Shown here piece after piece: positions 36,999-50,880 of a stretch of 64,000 nt of DNA. Numbering within the stretch: the first letter of the stretch is position 1; every line of letters begins with the position of its first letter. This stretch comes from Lophium mytilinum (taxonomy: Eukaryota): positions 496,001 to 560,000 of the forward strand of contig MU004187.1 of the NCBI GenBank assembly GCA_010093605.1. Direction: 5' to 3'. The translations under genes and the position numbers were made by a program. The notes beneath the pieces were generated by a model. It ran no database searches. It saw only the letters and a list, made by a program, of their open reading frames with translations, and had not been told where the DNA came from.

Positions 36999-37807
36999 AT
37001 GGCGAACCCAAACCGCACTGTCTACTCCGGGCCTCCCCTCTCAGGCCCCGGCATCCTCTGGATCAACTCCAAGATCACCGCCCCAGACAAGCTCTCTCCG
37101 GAGCTCTTCAAGACGTGGTACGAGGAAGCACATATCCCGGACATTATCGGAGCAAAGAAAGGCAGTGTTCTGGCGGCATGGAGATACCAATGTGCGAATC
37201 CCGAGCGGCCAGCGCCCTATCTCGCGCTCTACAGCATCCCGGACTTGGCATTTTTACAAACAGCCGAATTCAGGGCTGTTCCCATGGTACACGAGATGCT
37301 GCCGGAAGGCGGTCCTATCCACAAGTTTGCAAACTTCGACACGAGATACTATAAGAAGATTCAGGTGTTTGAGAAGGAGGGGAAGACGAGACCTGGTATG
37401 TCGCGTCGTAATGGAAAGATGGACCGTACATTATACTAACACCTCTAGGACGCGGCGTCAACATCAACTCAGCGGCGATCCAGCCTGCAGAGGGTATGGA
37501 AGAGGAGCTTGATAAGTGGTACCGCGAAGAGCATCTCGAGCAGGTCTCGAACGAGCCGGGCTGGATCCGGAGTACGCGGTTCGAGCTCGTGTTCAAGGTG
37601 GGGGATAAAGGCGTCGCGAACTCAGAGGTGACCCCGAAGTGGCTGGCGATTCACGAATTTGAGGCGGACGGGTTGCTTGGAGACATGCCAAGGCCTTTAA
37701 ACCCAGTATCTGACTTGACAAAGAAGATTGTGGGGAATGCGATCAAGGTGGACGCGGCCAAGTTCACTTTAATCAGGGGAATAGGAGATGAGTTGGCGCC
37801 ATTGTAG
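36999..37807 (+). CDS. Tandem EthD-like (dimeric alpha-beta barrel) protein
   Basis: Two repeats of F/LxxWYxExH (FKTWYEEAHIPDI; LDKWYREEHLEQV), followed by RY..YLALY and RF..WLAIHE. Intron 37396-37449. Confidence 0.8.
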
Positions 37808-38911
37808 AGGGGACTGTATCGTTTTCCTAGACCGATGTAGAAGATATCACATACATTTTCGAGATCTGCAAGTTTCGTGAACGATCTTGGAGTCTGTAGT
37901 TTGGAAGGAAGTGAATTAGGGGGTCGTCCACTTGCGGTTTAGCGTGCCCTGCTGGCAACCTCTCACGTCTCCACAGCCATCATGCCTCCTGGCCTTTCCT
38001 CCTCGCCATCCGAGAAGTTGTTCTCTACAGCTGCATGCTACCACCCATTCTATCATCTCCCATTGACGCCTTTACGCGTCCATCAGGCTGCTCGACGTCT
38101 TACTGTTCATAGATCGAGATTCTCAGGGGCATAGAAGTCGATACGCTTTTCCCTGCTCTAAGCCACATCCCCGCTCTCTCTGCACAGACATCCCCTCCCC
38201 AAAAGTCAATCAGGCTAGCCAGCATTAAGCTTCGGCCTGAATATCTGCTCTGTAGAACTCCCGGGTCGAACATACGCGGAGCTAGAATCCAGTCGCGGAA
38301 AGGGACGCAACCGATCTTAGAACGCAGGCGAATCAGACGCTAGATTCACCCATCAAGAAAGTCAATTGCGGGGGAAGGCCGTTTGCCATGCTTCCCCAGA
38401 CCATGGGACTCGTGTAGCCAGCTCGTCGGGCATCAGCCGAGCTTCCCCACGGGGTAGTCCCAAAATGGTGTACCAATAGACTTCCCGTCAACGCCCCTTC
38501 GTCTAAAGAGCGCTTGATTGCACTGCTCCATTATGCAAGCCCTTCGTAGCCTGGAAAGACGACGAGCTAATCTGTAGCGACAGACGAACGAGCGTAAAGC
38601 CTCAGCTTCGCTAGAAGTTCGTTGTAAGGTCTAAACGAGAGTCTTGCCGAGTGTAATACCTACGAGACAATCTTGGATCCTTTACCCGCATGGCGTTGTT
38701 ACCCCAAAATGACTAGCTTAAATATATGCTGGTGCAAATGGAGGGCTATTGTCATAAGTCAAAAGCTTCTCACCCCTCACTTCCCAGTCCTGCATCTCTC
38801 CTTGATCGAGATCAATCGAGAACTTCTCAGTACATGCGCTGCTGATCTGTCACAGACGATCCTACCTATTTTCTGACAGAAGTCCTACCGACAGAGTGGA
38901 TTACCGTCACA

Positions 38912-41152
38912 ATGTCAGATACTGATAAAAATCCTGTCACGATGGCTGAAAAGCTCGAGATTGAATCAACAGAGCAGGCACATACAGCTCATCATAGCCA
39001 TGAGACTCATGATGAGATTATTGTGCAGCAGCTCGAGACCGCTGGCCGCGAAGTTGGTTTCACGTTCAAGACGTTCCTCGCAGTAGCCGTAGGTTGCCTC
39101 TTGAACAATCTGCCAATGCTTTCCCACGTGTAACGATCACGCAGTCGCTGTGTATATGCTACAATGCATACCTCTTCAGTCTGAATATCCCTGCTACCAC
39201 TTTGAGCTTCATCAATGCCGATCTTGGGCCAGATCCTCGGTAAGTCCCTCAGACAACTCCTTATTCATCATCTTCCAGACGATTTACTAATTAACCACTC
39301 TAGTTATACGTGGGTTACCATCTCGTGGAGCTTGGGAGGCGCAATTCTTGTTACGGTCGGTGGCAGACTGAGTGATCTCTTCGGACGCAGATACTTCTTC
39401 CTTACTGGTTCTATCTTAGTCTTTTGCGGCGGCATCATAGGAGCAACTGGCCACTCCATTAGCCAGATGATTGCGAGTGGTGTTATGTTTGGAGTTGGTT
39501 CCGGGTTTTTGGAGATGTCCTTTGCTGCTGTCCAGGTACCTCCCTTGTCCCGTGCCCAGCGCACAACTGGGTTGCTTTTCCAAACGTATCTAACCCTGTT
39601 CTAGGAAATCGTACCTGCTGAGTGGAGGATGTTCACTATAGGCTGCTTTGAGGCAACCGGCTTCATTGCCCAATCTACTCCCTTAATCTCTTGGGCTATG
39701 ATCAAGAACACTGGCACCTGGCGATACGCCTACTGGTACATGGAGGGGTTCCAGGGGCTTGCCGTTCTTGTCATATTCTTCTTCTACCATCCTCCAACCT
39801 TCGAGACGAAGCATCGAGGTATGCTATTTGAGATTCAGCATTGCTAAAGTACATGATGCTAATCCGTTCACTCTAGAGGATCATAAATCGAGGATGCAGA
39901 TTTTCAAGGATACTGATTTCGTTGGCTTCTTCTTGTTCATCGTAGGTTGTGTCATCTTGCTGATTGGTATTTCCTGGGGTGGTAAGCAATACAAGTGGAC
40001 TTCGGCTGGCGCAATTGCACCTATCGTCCTAGGAGGCTTGACTTTGGTTGCGCTCGGATTTTGGGAAGTATACGGCAAGCCCAAGTATCCCATTCTTCCG
40101 CCTCATTTGTTCAAGAACGTCCGGCAGTAGGTGACTCACATACTCATCATACTGCGGAAGCTAATATGTGTAAGATTCACCATGCCAATCATTGTTATCG
40201 CCATCAGTGGAATGCAATACTACTCATAAGCTACAATGTGGCCGAGGATGTCACAACTACTCTATGCTACGACTCCAATCGACAAAGGCTTGTACGCAGA
40301 GGTCCTGCCACTTGGGACCATTTGTGAGTTTTTGGGCATTCTAAATTGAGCATAGCAGTCGCTGACCTGTTGAAAAGGTGGAGGAATCTGGCTCATGAGC
40401 TCTAAAAAGATTGGTCATCAGCGGTGGCAAGTCACCTTTGCCATAATTCTCCAGTAAGATACGGGCAGTGAACAGTTTCTTGAAGGTCTTTCACTAACTT
40501 ATAGCAAAGAACTACCTTCTGTGGTGCTATGGCCAGCGCAACTCTTGACAACCATGTCAAGTCTATCATTTTCCTCTTCATCATCGCATTATGTGTGCCC
40601 CCAACACAGCTTGTTCCCATTGTACGTCTATCGTTTCGAGTTCAACCACGATATCATTTCTCACTACTATAACAGGTCATGCTTTCTTATGGCATCGAGG
40701 ATCAAAATGACATCGGCGTGGCTTGCGGAATTGCTGGCACCGCTCGATTACTGATGGGGGCCACAGCCACTGCCATATACAGCAGCATACTTAGCAACGA
40801 ATACTCAGAAAAACTTCCTGGGGAAGTCACGAACGCCGTCAAGAACTTAGGCTTCCCGCCGGCGAACATCCCCAAACTCATTGCTGCTGCTAAGCTTGGA
40901 ACTGCGAAGGCGTACGCTGCGGTCCCTGGTATTACGCCGGCAATAGAAGGTGCGATTGCATTGGCAAATAAGGAGGCGTACCTTCAGGCTTTCCACGTTG
41001 TGTTCTTGGCTAGTCTTGCGTTTGGGTGTATTGGTGTAGTTGCTGCCTTCTTCACCGAAAGTGTCGATACAAGGAAGTATACGAAGAGGACTTTCGCAGT
41101 TGTGGAGAACGAACATAAGAACGAAGTGCAGGATGTCAAAGGAGAAGCTTGA
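38912..41152 (+). pseudogene. TRI12/siderophore-iron-like 14-TM MFS transporter with one premature stop
   Basis: INADLGP, GGRLSDLFGRRYF, FFYHPPTFETKH, GISWGG. Nine exons give 593 codons, with an in-frame TAA at 40227-40229 (codon 341). Confidence 0.8.
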
Positions 41153-41682
41153 GAAGTCCTAAGCCTGTTGTAAACTAAATCTCTCCATATACGCTTCCAG
41201 AAATGATGAATATGAGCGTCGACAATGTTGCTGCAAGCTATCATTCTATTATACCTCGATCATGATGCAATGACCTTATTATGGCGAAAGACTCTGAGGG
41301 AGTCAAAGAGCTTGTTGTTTTGTTCAGCGGTTTACGATGGGGTTTCTTTCCGGGGAATAATAAGCTGGGCCGAAGGGCCGTGGCTGTGCGGTATAGCCAC
41401 ATCTGGGGACGGAAATCGTTCTCCTGCTCCCTCATCCACCTCCATACCCAATTACAGCCCACCCTCCAAAGCTGGTCCCAGAACCAAATGCCCAGGTGAC
41501 TCTACAGAACGCTATGGCAGTTTGGGTCGATCGATCGCCGCTGGCGCTCCCCGTGACTGGCGAAGTCGTCCCGTGCCTAGGTATCTTCCATCTCATCAAA
41601 CCCCACAGCTGAACGTTCGGATGCTCGAGTCTGACGACGTCGCAAGACTGACTATGCACACCCTAGCAATTGGCTGACTATA

Positions 41683-44325
41683 ATGGCCTCTCAGCAGCAA
41701 CGGAAGAGATGTAGAGCGTCTGTGGCATGCTCGTCATGTAGGAGAAGACGAATCAAGGTACGCCTAGCAGCAGCTCAACATGAGGCTGAAAGCGTCGATT
41801 CTCCCAGATCAAACTCCATCATTTCTTAGGGAGTCTCGATACTAAAATTGAACTAAAGTGTATCATTGGCCCTGAACAGAACGAATGCGACCATTGTCGT
41901 CATGGTGGCTACGAGTGTATCGTTCAGGATGATGACCTTCGACGAAGGTAAAATATGCAAGAACCACCACTCAATGTTTTGATATTTACCGTCCCAGACC
42001 GATATCTAGAGGCTATGTCCGGTCCTTGACGGATCGACTTGAACTGCTGGAAAAGTTGCTCGGGCAAGTAAATACAGGTGCTGGGCAACTACGTGATCAG
42101 ACCAACCCACCAGGTTCTATCGACTTCAACTTCAGCGATACCCCGGACATATTCAGGACAACCACTTCAGAACCAGGTGCAGGTACCCCATTTCAATCTG
42201 GGTCCCCCGTCGCAGGATTTGTAGATACTGTTCAGGGCGACAGCGAATCCCGAGATTTCCCCCAGAGGTTAGGAGTTCCCGACTACCCAGATTATCAGAA
42301 TCAGCCAACAATCCACAAGGGCCAGGGAGCTTCACCGAAGACGTTCGATGGCAACCACGTCCGGACACACCCGACTATGATGAGTCCTTTGGGACTTGGA
42401 TCCGTAGTCGATAATCCGCACAGCCCAAGCCACGAGGAAGAACTGCAACACTTCATTGCCTCTATGTCGCCGGACGTGCATGACACATTAATGAATAACT
42501 TTTGGGTGCACTACAACTCAGAGTTGCAGTCTGTTCAAAAGTGGATGTTTTACGCAGGTCTGCGCACGGGTGACGCGGGACGGTATTCGACGTTCCTTCA
42601 TATCTGTATCCTTGCTATTGGACTGCGGTATGCCGACAAGCTCGATTCTAGAATCCATGAATACGTCGGTGACGTTTCCGAGTCCGTCATTCATCAGAAG
42701 GCTTTGTGGATTGCGAGATATGAAGCGGAAGGTCGTTGCGATGTTCCCGCAATCCAGGCCCTTCTACTTCTTGGGGACCTAGAATTTGGCGTTGGAAGGT
42801 ACAATAGTGGATGGATGTATGCTGGTCAGTTGCTGAACTCACCTTCAAGGATGCTAGTTTGAGTAAGAGCCTGACATTTTCAGGTTTGGCGTCTCGCCTA
42901 TGTTTTGATATCGGTCTTCACCGGGAGCGTTCAGAGTCAAAGTTGTCAGAAGAAGTGGTGCACATGCACCATATGGTAGTATGGGCTTGTATCGTATATG
43001 ACGAGTAATGCCACCCCCTTTGCACTTCTAGACAGAACTGATATTCTTAGATTCTGGGCACTTTTCACCGGGCGCCCTACCAAAATAAAGAGCTCGAAAC
43101 TTTCGTTGAGGAAACCAACGAAGCTATCGGACCTACCGCGTGGCCCAGAAGCAGTAAAAAATGATTTAGCTACGGAAATCTACGCAGCGTTGCTAGAGCT
43201 GATCAATCTGTCTGTGGAAATGACTGACCACGTCGAATTGGAGGCTTCCGGCAGGGATCACAGCAGCTACTTAGTGATAACTTACATGTACAAGGAGCTG
43301 ATAAGCTGGTACGAAAGCTTGCCGAAAACTCTCAGATGGACACCAGAGAATCTTGAGAACGCCCCTTCGAGTTTCTACAGCCTCCAGTACGATGTTCTAT
43401 ACAACTCGAGGGTGCATTTTAGCTGACTTCCCAATTCAGTCAGCAATATCACGCAACGATAATCCTTCTCCATCGTGCTTTCGCCTTCTCCGAGATCCTC
43501 ACTCCTAGCAATGTATCTAAAGAAGATAAGGACAGTCTCGGCAGCGAAGAGGTGAAAATGCTCTTCGAAGTTCCCCGGAAACTCTGCCTCAAGAATGCCA
43601 TTCGCCTAACAGAAATCCTGCAATCACACCAGGAGCGCTATTCCGTTAAGACGATCTTTGCTACTGCAGGTAATTATCATTCTGCTTATTTGCACCCACT
43701 CATACAGCCACTTTGTGTTGAGCCTGCTGACTCGGAATAAGTGCAACATGCGGCCGCTGCAGCCACCATCTTCATCTCAATACTCAGCTCGAAAGAACCC
43801 CGCGATGACCGCCACCAACTCCAGCTCCACCTTCGGTATCTCACCGACTTTCTAGATGCTAACACCGGGACTTACGACGCTGCACGAAAACTGTTGGCGA
43901 AGCTGGTTCAGATGGCAACTGATGCTGGCTGGGATCTATTTGCTCCAATAGTCGAACCGCAGCCAGCACCTCAAGTACGGTCTTCGACACGCGCAGTTCA
44001 ATCCAACCACAAAGCGAGCAATAGTGTCACAAGCTCGCAACGTCTACCCACAGCACGGTCCATCGCTCCTATGCGGCGCCCGCGTGTACAACTTGCGCAG
44101 TCGACTAAGCATGGACACGGTGCGAGCATATTTCCATCGGAAGGCGCCTTCAGTCTACCCCAACAGACGCAATCTAGTACCCAATTTGAAGCCGGCTTTA
44201 TGGGCAATACGGATAGCATCCTCTTCGCGAACGAGAGAGAGATGCTTGGACTACGAATCGATGAGGATAACCCTTCTCGCCATTTTGAAGCTTTACCTAG
44301 CTGGCCAGCGAATGCCAACGTGTAG
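41683..44325 (+). CDS. Zn(II)2Cys6 transcription factor with fungal-specific middle homology domain
   Basis: RASVACSSCRRRRIK|CIIGPEQNECDHCRHGGYEC; IQALLLLGDLEFGVG..GWMYAGLASRLCFDIGLH. Six introns; frame intact. Confidence 0.93.
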
Positions 44326-44984
44326 CTTAGTAGCTACCCAGTCTTTTCCAGATATTAGCATTGCAGTTCACCTATGGGGAAGGAGTTTGGGGCGCTCGTT
44401 GAGCAGGCGTATATCGGTGATCTATGTGTTCCATGGGCGTTTATTATGGATCGTTGAGATCGTTATTCTGGCAGACGCTCAAGACTAGCCATATTTAACA
44501 TAATCCGTTCTGAAATCAGCTCACTCAGACCATGCAGCTTTTCCTCTGTACAAATGCTCGACCAAGGCAAGTTCTTAGGTCGATTTTTAGTCAATCAGCC
44601 CCTTGATATCTTACCGCAAATGACCTTTAATCCACGCAGGCGTGGATATTTGTCGTGCGCAGCGATCTCATTGATGTCGGACAACTACGCTTGAATCTGA
44701 GAATTGATGTCTTTGGAATTCATGCACTTAAGCACATAGAGGATAGCCAGGTGAGGAGGAGAGCAAAAATCGGGTCGCGATTGCAGAATTCAAGGCTGCC
44801 TTCAACGACGTGATGAGAAGAGAGAAGAGAGTTCATTTATAGGCAATACCCAAAAGCCAAAACTTATCCTAGGGAAGAGACACGAATTCTACTTCGATGC
44901 AAACCAGAAAACACCTTGCATGCGGCCTCCGAACGACTTTGATAAACAATAGGATGACGGGAACAAAACCAAGCAGTATCCTGA

Positions 44985-45955
44985 TCACAAAGTCAAAGCT
45001 CTTTTCTGGTGCGCGTGTTCGTGGTACGAGACGATATCCCAATACTCTTTAGGGCCAAGACGAGTGTCCTTATGAGCTTCCTTCCACCTGAAGTATTCCT
45101 CGGGATTGGTGACTTCGTCGAGCCAGGCCATTGAGTTGCTCACCATCTTCGACGACTGGGAGACTAGGCGGCCGCCGGCACTTCCTTGCTCGTAGTAAAA
45201 CATGACCACTGCTTTCGTCGGATAGGGCGGGTCAGGTTCGGGATCTTCGGCTCCTGAGTCCTGGTCGTCGTCCAAGGCTGGCGAGCCGTCCTGGGATACG
45301 GAGGATAGGTAGTTAGACGGGGTCAAGGGCTCAAGGAATGTGAACTTGGTCTCGATCTTGACTTCGGTTGGTTTCGCAGAGTCGCGCGGTGGGCTTATCC
45401 ACATGCTGGGAGTAAGGAGGCCGTTGGACGAGGCTGGCTGTCAATCAGCAATCTGGATGAACAGTAGGATGGTTGAGTGAGCTTGGAGCAGACTTACCAC
45501 CAGAATTGGCTCTAGACTTGGTTGCGCCTAATCTTGGCGACGGGTGGGTGTACGGCGGAGTAGCCTCACGCGATGAGTACGATTCCGGGTTCGAGTCCGA
45601 TTCGATCCCTCCGAGAGCACTTGAGAGTTGGACCTTTACTTTGGTGGTAGTGTTGCCTGAAGGACCTAAGCTACTCTTGGTATTGGATTTGCTATTCGCT
45701 CTGCCTCTTGCGAATGAAGCCTGGTTGATGATGGCCGTGGCATGGATGTTGAACCCGATGGATTTGGCCGGTGCGCGATGAGAGGATACAACAACTGGCT
45801 TCGATGGCTTTACAGATTTAACAGCGACGGCTGAGGGCTGCTTTTCTCCTGAAGGCAAATCAGTAACAATGTTGTATTAGAGTCAGCGTAGCAGTCTCCG
45901 TCGTCCTACCCTGAGCGCGAATGATTCCGCAACTGACACCGTTGCCGAATCCCAT
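44985..45955 (-). CDS. Hypothetical Ser/Pro-rich protein
   Basis: ORFs 45445-45858 and 44985-45404 are joined in frame by an intron starting GTAAGT at 45497. A short first exon probably starts at ATG 45955. No family recognised. Confidence 0.55.
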
Positions 45956-46308
45956 CTTGACCGATCGTGAATCTCGTGGACGGAGGTATTTTGTAGCGCG
46001 GGAGTTACTGGACGTAATTTCGTGTTGTAAGAAGTGAGACTGTTTGTGAAAGGCTGAGGCTATGTTATTGCAGAGTATCGATGGCTGGATTCGGAAAGTA
46101 GACGAAATGATATGAGGACACTGCAGAGTGTGATCTTCTTCGTGGAGCAGTCGTGAAGAGAAATTGGGTCTCGTGGTCCGTAGTTATCGAACGGAAGTAG
46201 CGAACTTGTAGGACAGGTCTTGTTCGTAGCTTCGGATGTGAGCTTCAAGGCTCCTTCTGGTACACTTCCTCCCCTGGCGCTAAGCGAGTAGATTCTTGAG
46301 CATACAAG

Positions 46309-48754
46309 TCATCTATACTGACGTCCCTCCTTAGGTTTCTTGACAGGCCTTGCTGAGATTGAGCAATGTTCGATTGCTTGGTCGCTTCCGTCCCTGCCAA
46401 CAACGCCCCATTTGACCAGTTGTAGATGCGCATCTTGCTCGCCTTCTGGGGGGTGGCACGCTGCGCTGATTGCAAAGCTGCATGAGGCCGCAAATGGAAT
46501 TTTAACGGGAAAGCGGATAAAGCTGGTTATGGCCACTCCAAGTATCAGTCCGAGAAATCCCAGACAAAGTACCAGGAAACTCAAGGTCGAGAAACCGCAT
46601 TTTGAAGACGTGTCGGTAACAACCCCTTCCTCGTTGACAGTATCAACACGGATTAAGAAAAAGCTCTGCGAGGTTAGCCAATGAAGAATGGCGCTTATTA
46701 CTAGCAACGGTGTGGCGAAGCGATAAGGCAATTGGAGGAAGTAGGTGTTCCGTTGCTGGCCTTTCGGTGAGGTGACTCGCAATCCTCGTCGCTTGCCTGC
46801 TAGGTGGTTCCATTCTTTTGCAGATGCCATACCGGTGCATAGACCATTTACTATGAGATAACACATGGAAAGCAAGAGCTGAGGGGCATTGGCCAACCAT
46901 GCGTTTAGAAGCGTACCACTCGCGCCTTTAGAACCGTTGCTGAAGTCTAGAGCTGTGATAGATGACGTGCCCCACGAGCCCAAATTAGAACCGGGGCTGC
47001 CAGTGATGATAATCGCTATGAGGCCGCCGAAAAATAAGAACATCCTAAGACAAGTCACCTCAGCTGTCTATAATTGCAATGAAAAAAATCGAATACTTGA
47101 GTACTTACAGTAGCATCCCAACAAGCCTTCTAGGCCTACTCAAAGCCGAAATATAATGTCTATGTCGCGATTGCCAGACCCCTCCCTGCCGCTCCTGGAT
47201 ACCCTCAAGCTCATATTCCTGAATCTTCCTCATCTTCTTTTCGGGCTGAAACTTTCGGACAAGGTCTTCGCAATCCAATGCGCAAAGCCCAACGGTAACC
47301 GGATCAGGTCTCTCGAGATAAGACGATACTGCATCCCCAAGGGTAACAACGTAGTCTGCGCTGAAACTTCGGTACGCTAAAACCATGGCTGTCAATTTCA
47401 TGATGTTACAGACGATGACTACAATGAGGAAGTAGAGGCTCATCTGCACACTGCTCGTTCCGGGCAATTTGTCGGCGAAAGCGTGGCGCACGTGTACATT
47501 AGTCGTTAAGCGGTCTTTCCCGTCCCAAGTAGATACACCAACCAGTCCTTCTTTATTGATGGATGGATCCAAAAGGTCGAAGCGAAATTTCAAGTTGCTG
47601 TCTAGGTCTTCTTCGGAAGAGAGAATGGGTATGTTCGAGCTCAAATTGGTGAGTGAGGGCTGAATGTCGGAGATCAGCAATTCAACCCAGATTCTGTCGG
47701 CGATGAGATACAGATCACCATGCTCTGCGACAATCCCGTTATATATGGTCGGCCATTCATCATTAGTAAGGTTCCAAGATGACGAAGAGTTTAGACTTCT
47801 GTAGAGCGTCGAGTTATACTGTACGAAGCATACATCGGTATTCGGGTTTACTCTTATTACGTTGAAGATGGCTGAATTGTAGCTTCTGATGTCTTAGCAG
47901 TCTACCACCATGCTGGAAGTGCGACTCACAAGAGGTGTAGAGGTACAGACGATATCGCTAAAATAGCCCAAAGAATGCGACGTCTTCGATCAATTTTTCG
48001 GACATTTCTTATGCTCAATATACCAATATCAAGCCATTGCTTTTGCCCATGTGCAGCGTCCAGGTCCAGGCGCGTCGGGGAACTCAAAACCTGCATCGTA
48101 TAATTGCTAGCGCTCAGAAGAAGAGTACTCAGAACATTGATGAGAACATGAACGCCGGTACTGAATCGCGATGTGGCTGTGGCCTCGCCTTGGTAGATAT
48201 CGGCAAGACTGTCTTGGAACCCGTCATGTCGTGTTGCGCCAACGATTAGGAGGCTGATGTTAGAAAGCAGTACGAACGTAGCAATACCACACCCAGACAG
48301 AACGCCGAAACGCCAACCTAAGCAGCTATGATCTTCTTGCCAACGACTAAGTAAGGTATCGGCACCTTTCTGGTAGGTTTTTAGGGTGACTTTGATATTC
48401 TGAAAGACGCGAGAGCTTGCAGAATGTGCACCATTGCTAGGGAGGGAGCTTTCGGAATCAATGCTTGCTTCAGAGCCGCTGCGTTGTCTATTGCGCAGAG
48501 GAACGTGGTCGTGATCGCTGGATGTGCTAAGAAATGCATGTAAGTGTCAATTTTGTTTCCCGAACGCCCCGTAGACTTCTTCATACTAACCTCTCGGGCC
48601 TGTCCTCGGAGTGCTCTGTAAATTGCGATAATGTCTCAGGAATGTCAAAGGCGCCTGTGGATAGATCGTAGGAGCCATGTTCGGAACGAATTCTCCCCAC
48701 GTCGTCAGCGCCAACATTTACCACTCTCAACAACCTTATATCTTCTGGATCCAT
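46309..48754 (-). CDS. DUF6536-family multi-pass membrane protein
   Basis: GWRFGV, HVLINVLSTLLLSASNYTMQVLSSPTR..WLDIGILSIRN..SSVPLHL, VTLGDAVSSYLERPD, GLRVTSPKGQQRNTYFLQLPYRF, SCSFAISAACHP. Three introns. Confidence 0.85.
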
Positions 48755-49647
48755 TCGAGGTAAATGGTGAGAGCTTCTAGTCAGAAAATGATGTAACGAT
48801 AGAGAAGTAAGAAGCGGCCATGCAAATCTAGATTCAACCTACCAGCCCTGTGCCTCCTTCAAGTCGACATGATTGATTACCGATAAGTTTACTCAAGTCG
48901 GGGCTGAGCATGCAGCCTCTCTGTATGTCCGGTCATCTGGTACTAACACCAAGCCACAAAGATACCGAATAACTGCTCCCTAGCCAATGAATCCTCAAGT
49001 CGGCTCATTATCAGCCTATAAAGAGGTAGAGAGAACGCCTGCAGTTTGTGGTCGAGCTGCTCGATGTTGATAGGCTAGGCAACCCCAGCTGTAATGCATC
49101 TCCCCGCTCGTGGCACTTCAAAACTTGCTTTTGTTTACGCCCAGATGCGATCGAGGCCGCAACTAGGTAAGATTGCCAATAATCCCGCCGCGCCCGCACA
49201 CCCGCTCACGCGCTGCAGACTAACGCTCGGACCAGAGAGTTGAGGCTCTGTTGAACAAGGGAATTGCCGCAGTTCTCTCACTTGATGCTTTCCTTGGCCG
49301 CATCATTATCGATACCGTTGCGCCTACAACAGCACGTTAGGGTCAGTCTTGTCTAGCCCAGCTGCACGAGATCAGCCCACCCGCATCACCAGACAAAGCA
49401 ATGGATATACCACGATAAAGTAAGACGAGTGCGACGAAGACTCTTGCCAAGGTCGAGGATGTAGTTTGTATTAGAACAAGTAGCGCTCAAATATTGACAG
49501 CACTGACGTTTGGAGTGATGGTGGTGCAAATTCACGATACAAAGGAAATTACTTCCTTACTAACTCTCGATTCATCAGACAGACCCCGGGGGATAAGTAA
49601 GGTACGGTGAAATATGCTTGACAGATGAAGATTTCATTCCAATTGCT

Positions 49648-50622
49648 TCAAAAGCATTCTTCCTTAGTCCACATGACCTTTCCTTGCTTTCCGCTATCCA
49701 CGTTCACAACTTGACCGTGGATGTGGCCACTGAAGTTCTCGCTCGCGAGAAATAAGACAGTTTTCGCAACAGCCTCCGGAGAGACTGGTTTCCGAAGAGC
49801 AGTCTGAGGAGAGGTTAGATCTAAGCTTGCAATGAAATCAAAGAAATGTTGATAGCTACCGTTCCTTGACATTCCAGCCAATACTGCTCCGGATTCTCCT
49901 GACACTCTTGCTTGAACCTCTCCGTATCGACTGCACCGGGAGCAATTGCGTTGACCCTGTGCTCGATATCAGTCTTCTCCAAACCTCCAAGCACGTACGA
50001 AAGTGTGGAAGATGATAGACTCCACTCACCTAGCACCCTGCCAAACTCTGGGAGCATCAGCCTTCAGACTCATCAGTAATCCCCCTTGTACCGCACTCTT
50101 CCCCATGGCATAGTCCGCATTGCCTCGTTCTCCAAACCACCCGCTTTCGCTTCCTACGATTATTAATCCTACATTCTTCGCAGTTTCCTTCTCTTGTCTA
50201 TTCTCGTCAATCACACCCTTGAGGCCCCTCAGCCACTCCCGCGCTGTCAACCAAGTCCCGGCAACATTAACATCCAGGACTCTCTTCATTTGTTCGAAGC
50301 TTGCGTCCGCGATAGTGGATGTGTGCTCCAGAACGCTGAGATCTAAGCTACCGAGTGCGACGCAGCAGTGGACCATGTAACGGAAATCATATGCTGTTTC
50401 GAAAGCAGCAGCAACCTGCTTTGGGTCCGAGATATCGCAGTGTATCTCTAGGATAGCTGCATTTGGGCCCCGATACCCTAGTTTCTCATCATGGGCGATG
50501 TCAAGGCTCGAGACTCGCGCGCCGGCGGCGGCGAATGCATCGCAGACGACTCGGCCGATATGACCAGCGCCACCAGTGACGACGACGTGGGTGCCGGTGA
50601 GGTTGAGGGAGAGATCCATCAT
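49648..50622 (-). CDS. Short-chain dehydrogenase/reductase
   Basis: VVTGGAGHIG, GSESG, YAMGK (YxxxK), RVNAIAPG, GQVVNVDSG. Two introns. Confidence 0.92.
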
Positions 50623-50880
50623 TGGAGATTGGTGTTGGGCTCTGAGACTAGAGGTGTTCGGGTTCGTCGGAGATTGCACGGATTTACAGGGTAACAGGCG
50701 ACAAGCGACCATGCCGGATTTAAACATGCAATGAATACATACTAGATTATCTTGATGAACAGATAATTCAATGATTTAATAGTATTTATTCTAGTCTGCC
50801 TTAGCATCCTGCTCTTCGCTTTAAAAGTACTAATTTCTCATCATGATTTTGAAGCACGACACAAAGATCTCTACACGGAA

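Noticed and set aside
41203..41297. C/D-box snoRNA (ATGATGA...CTGA)
   Set aside because: Lies in the MFS 3' UTR with no terminal stem or recognisable rRNA guide.
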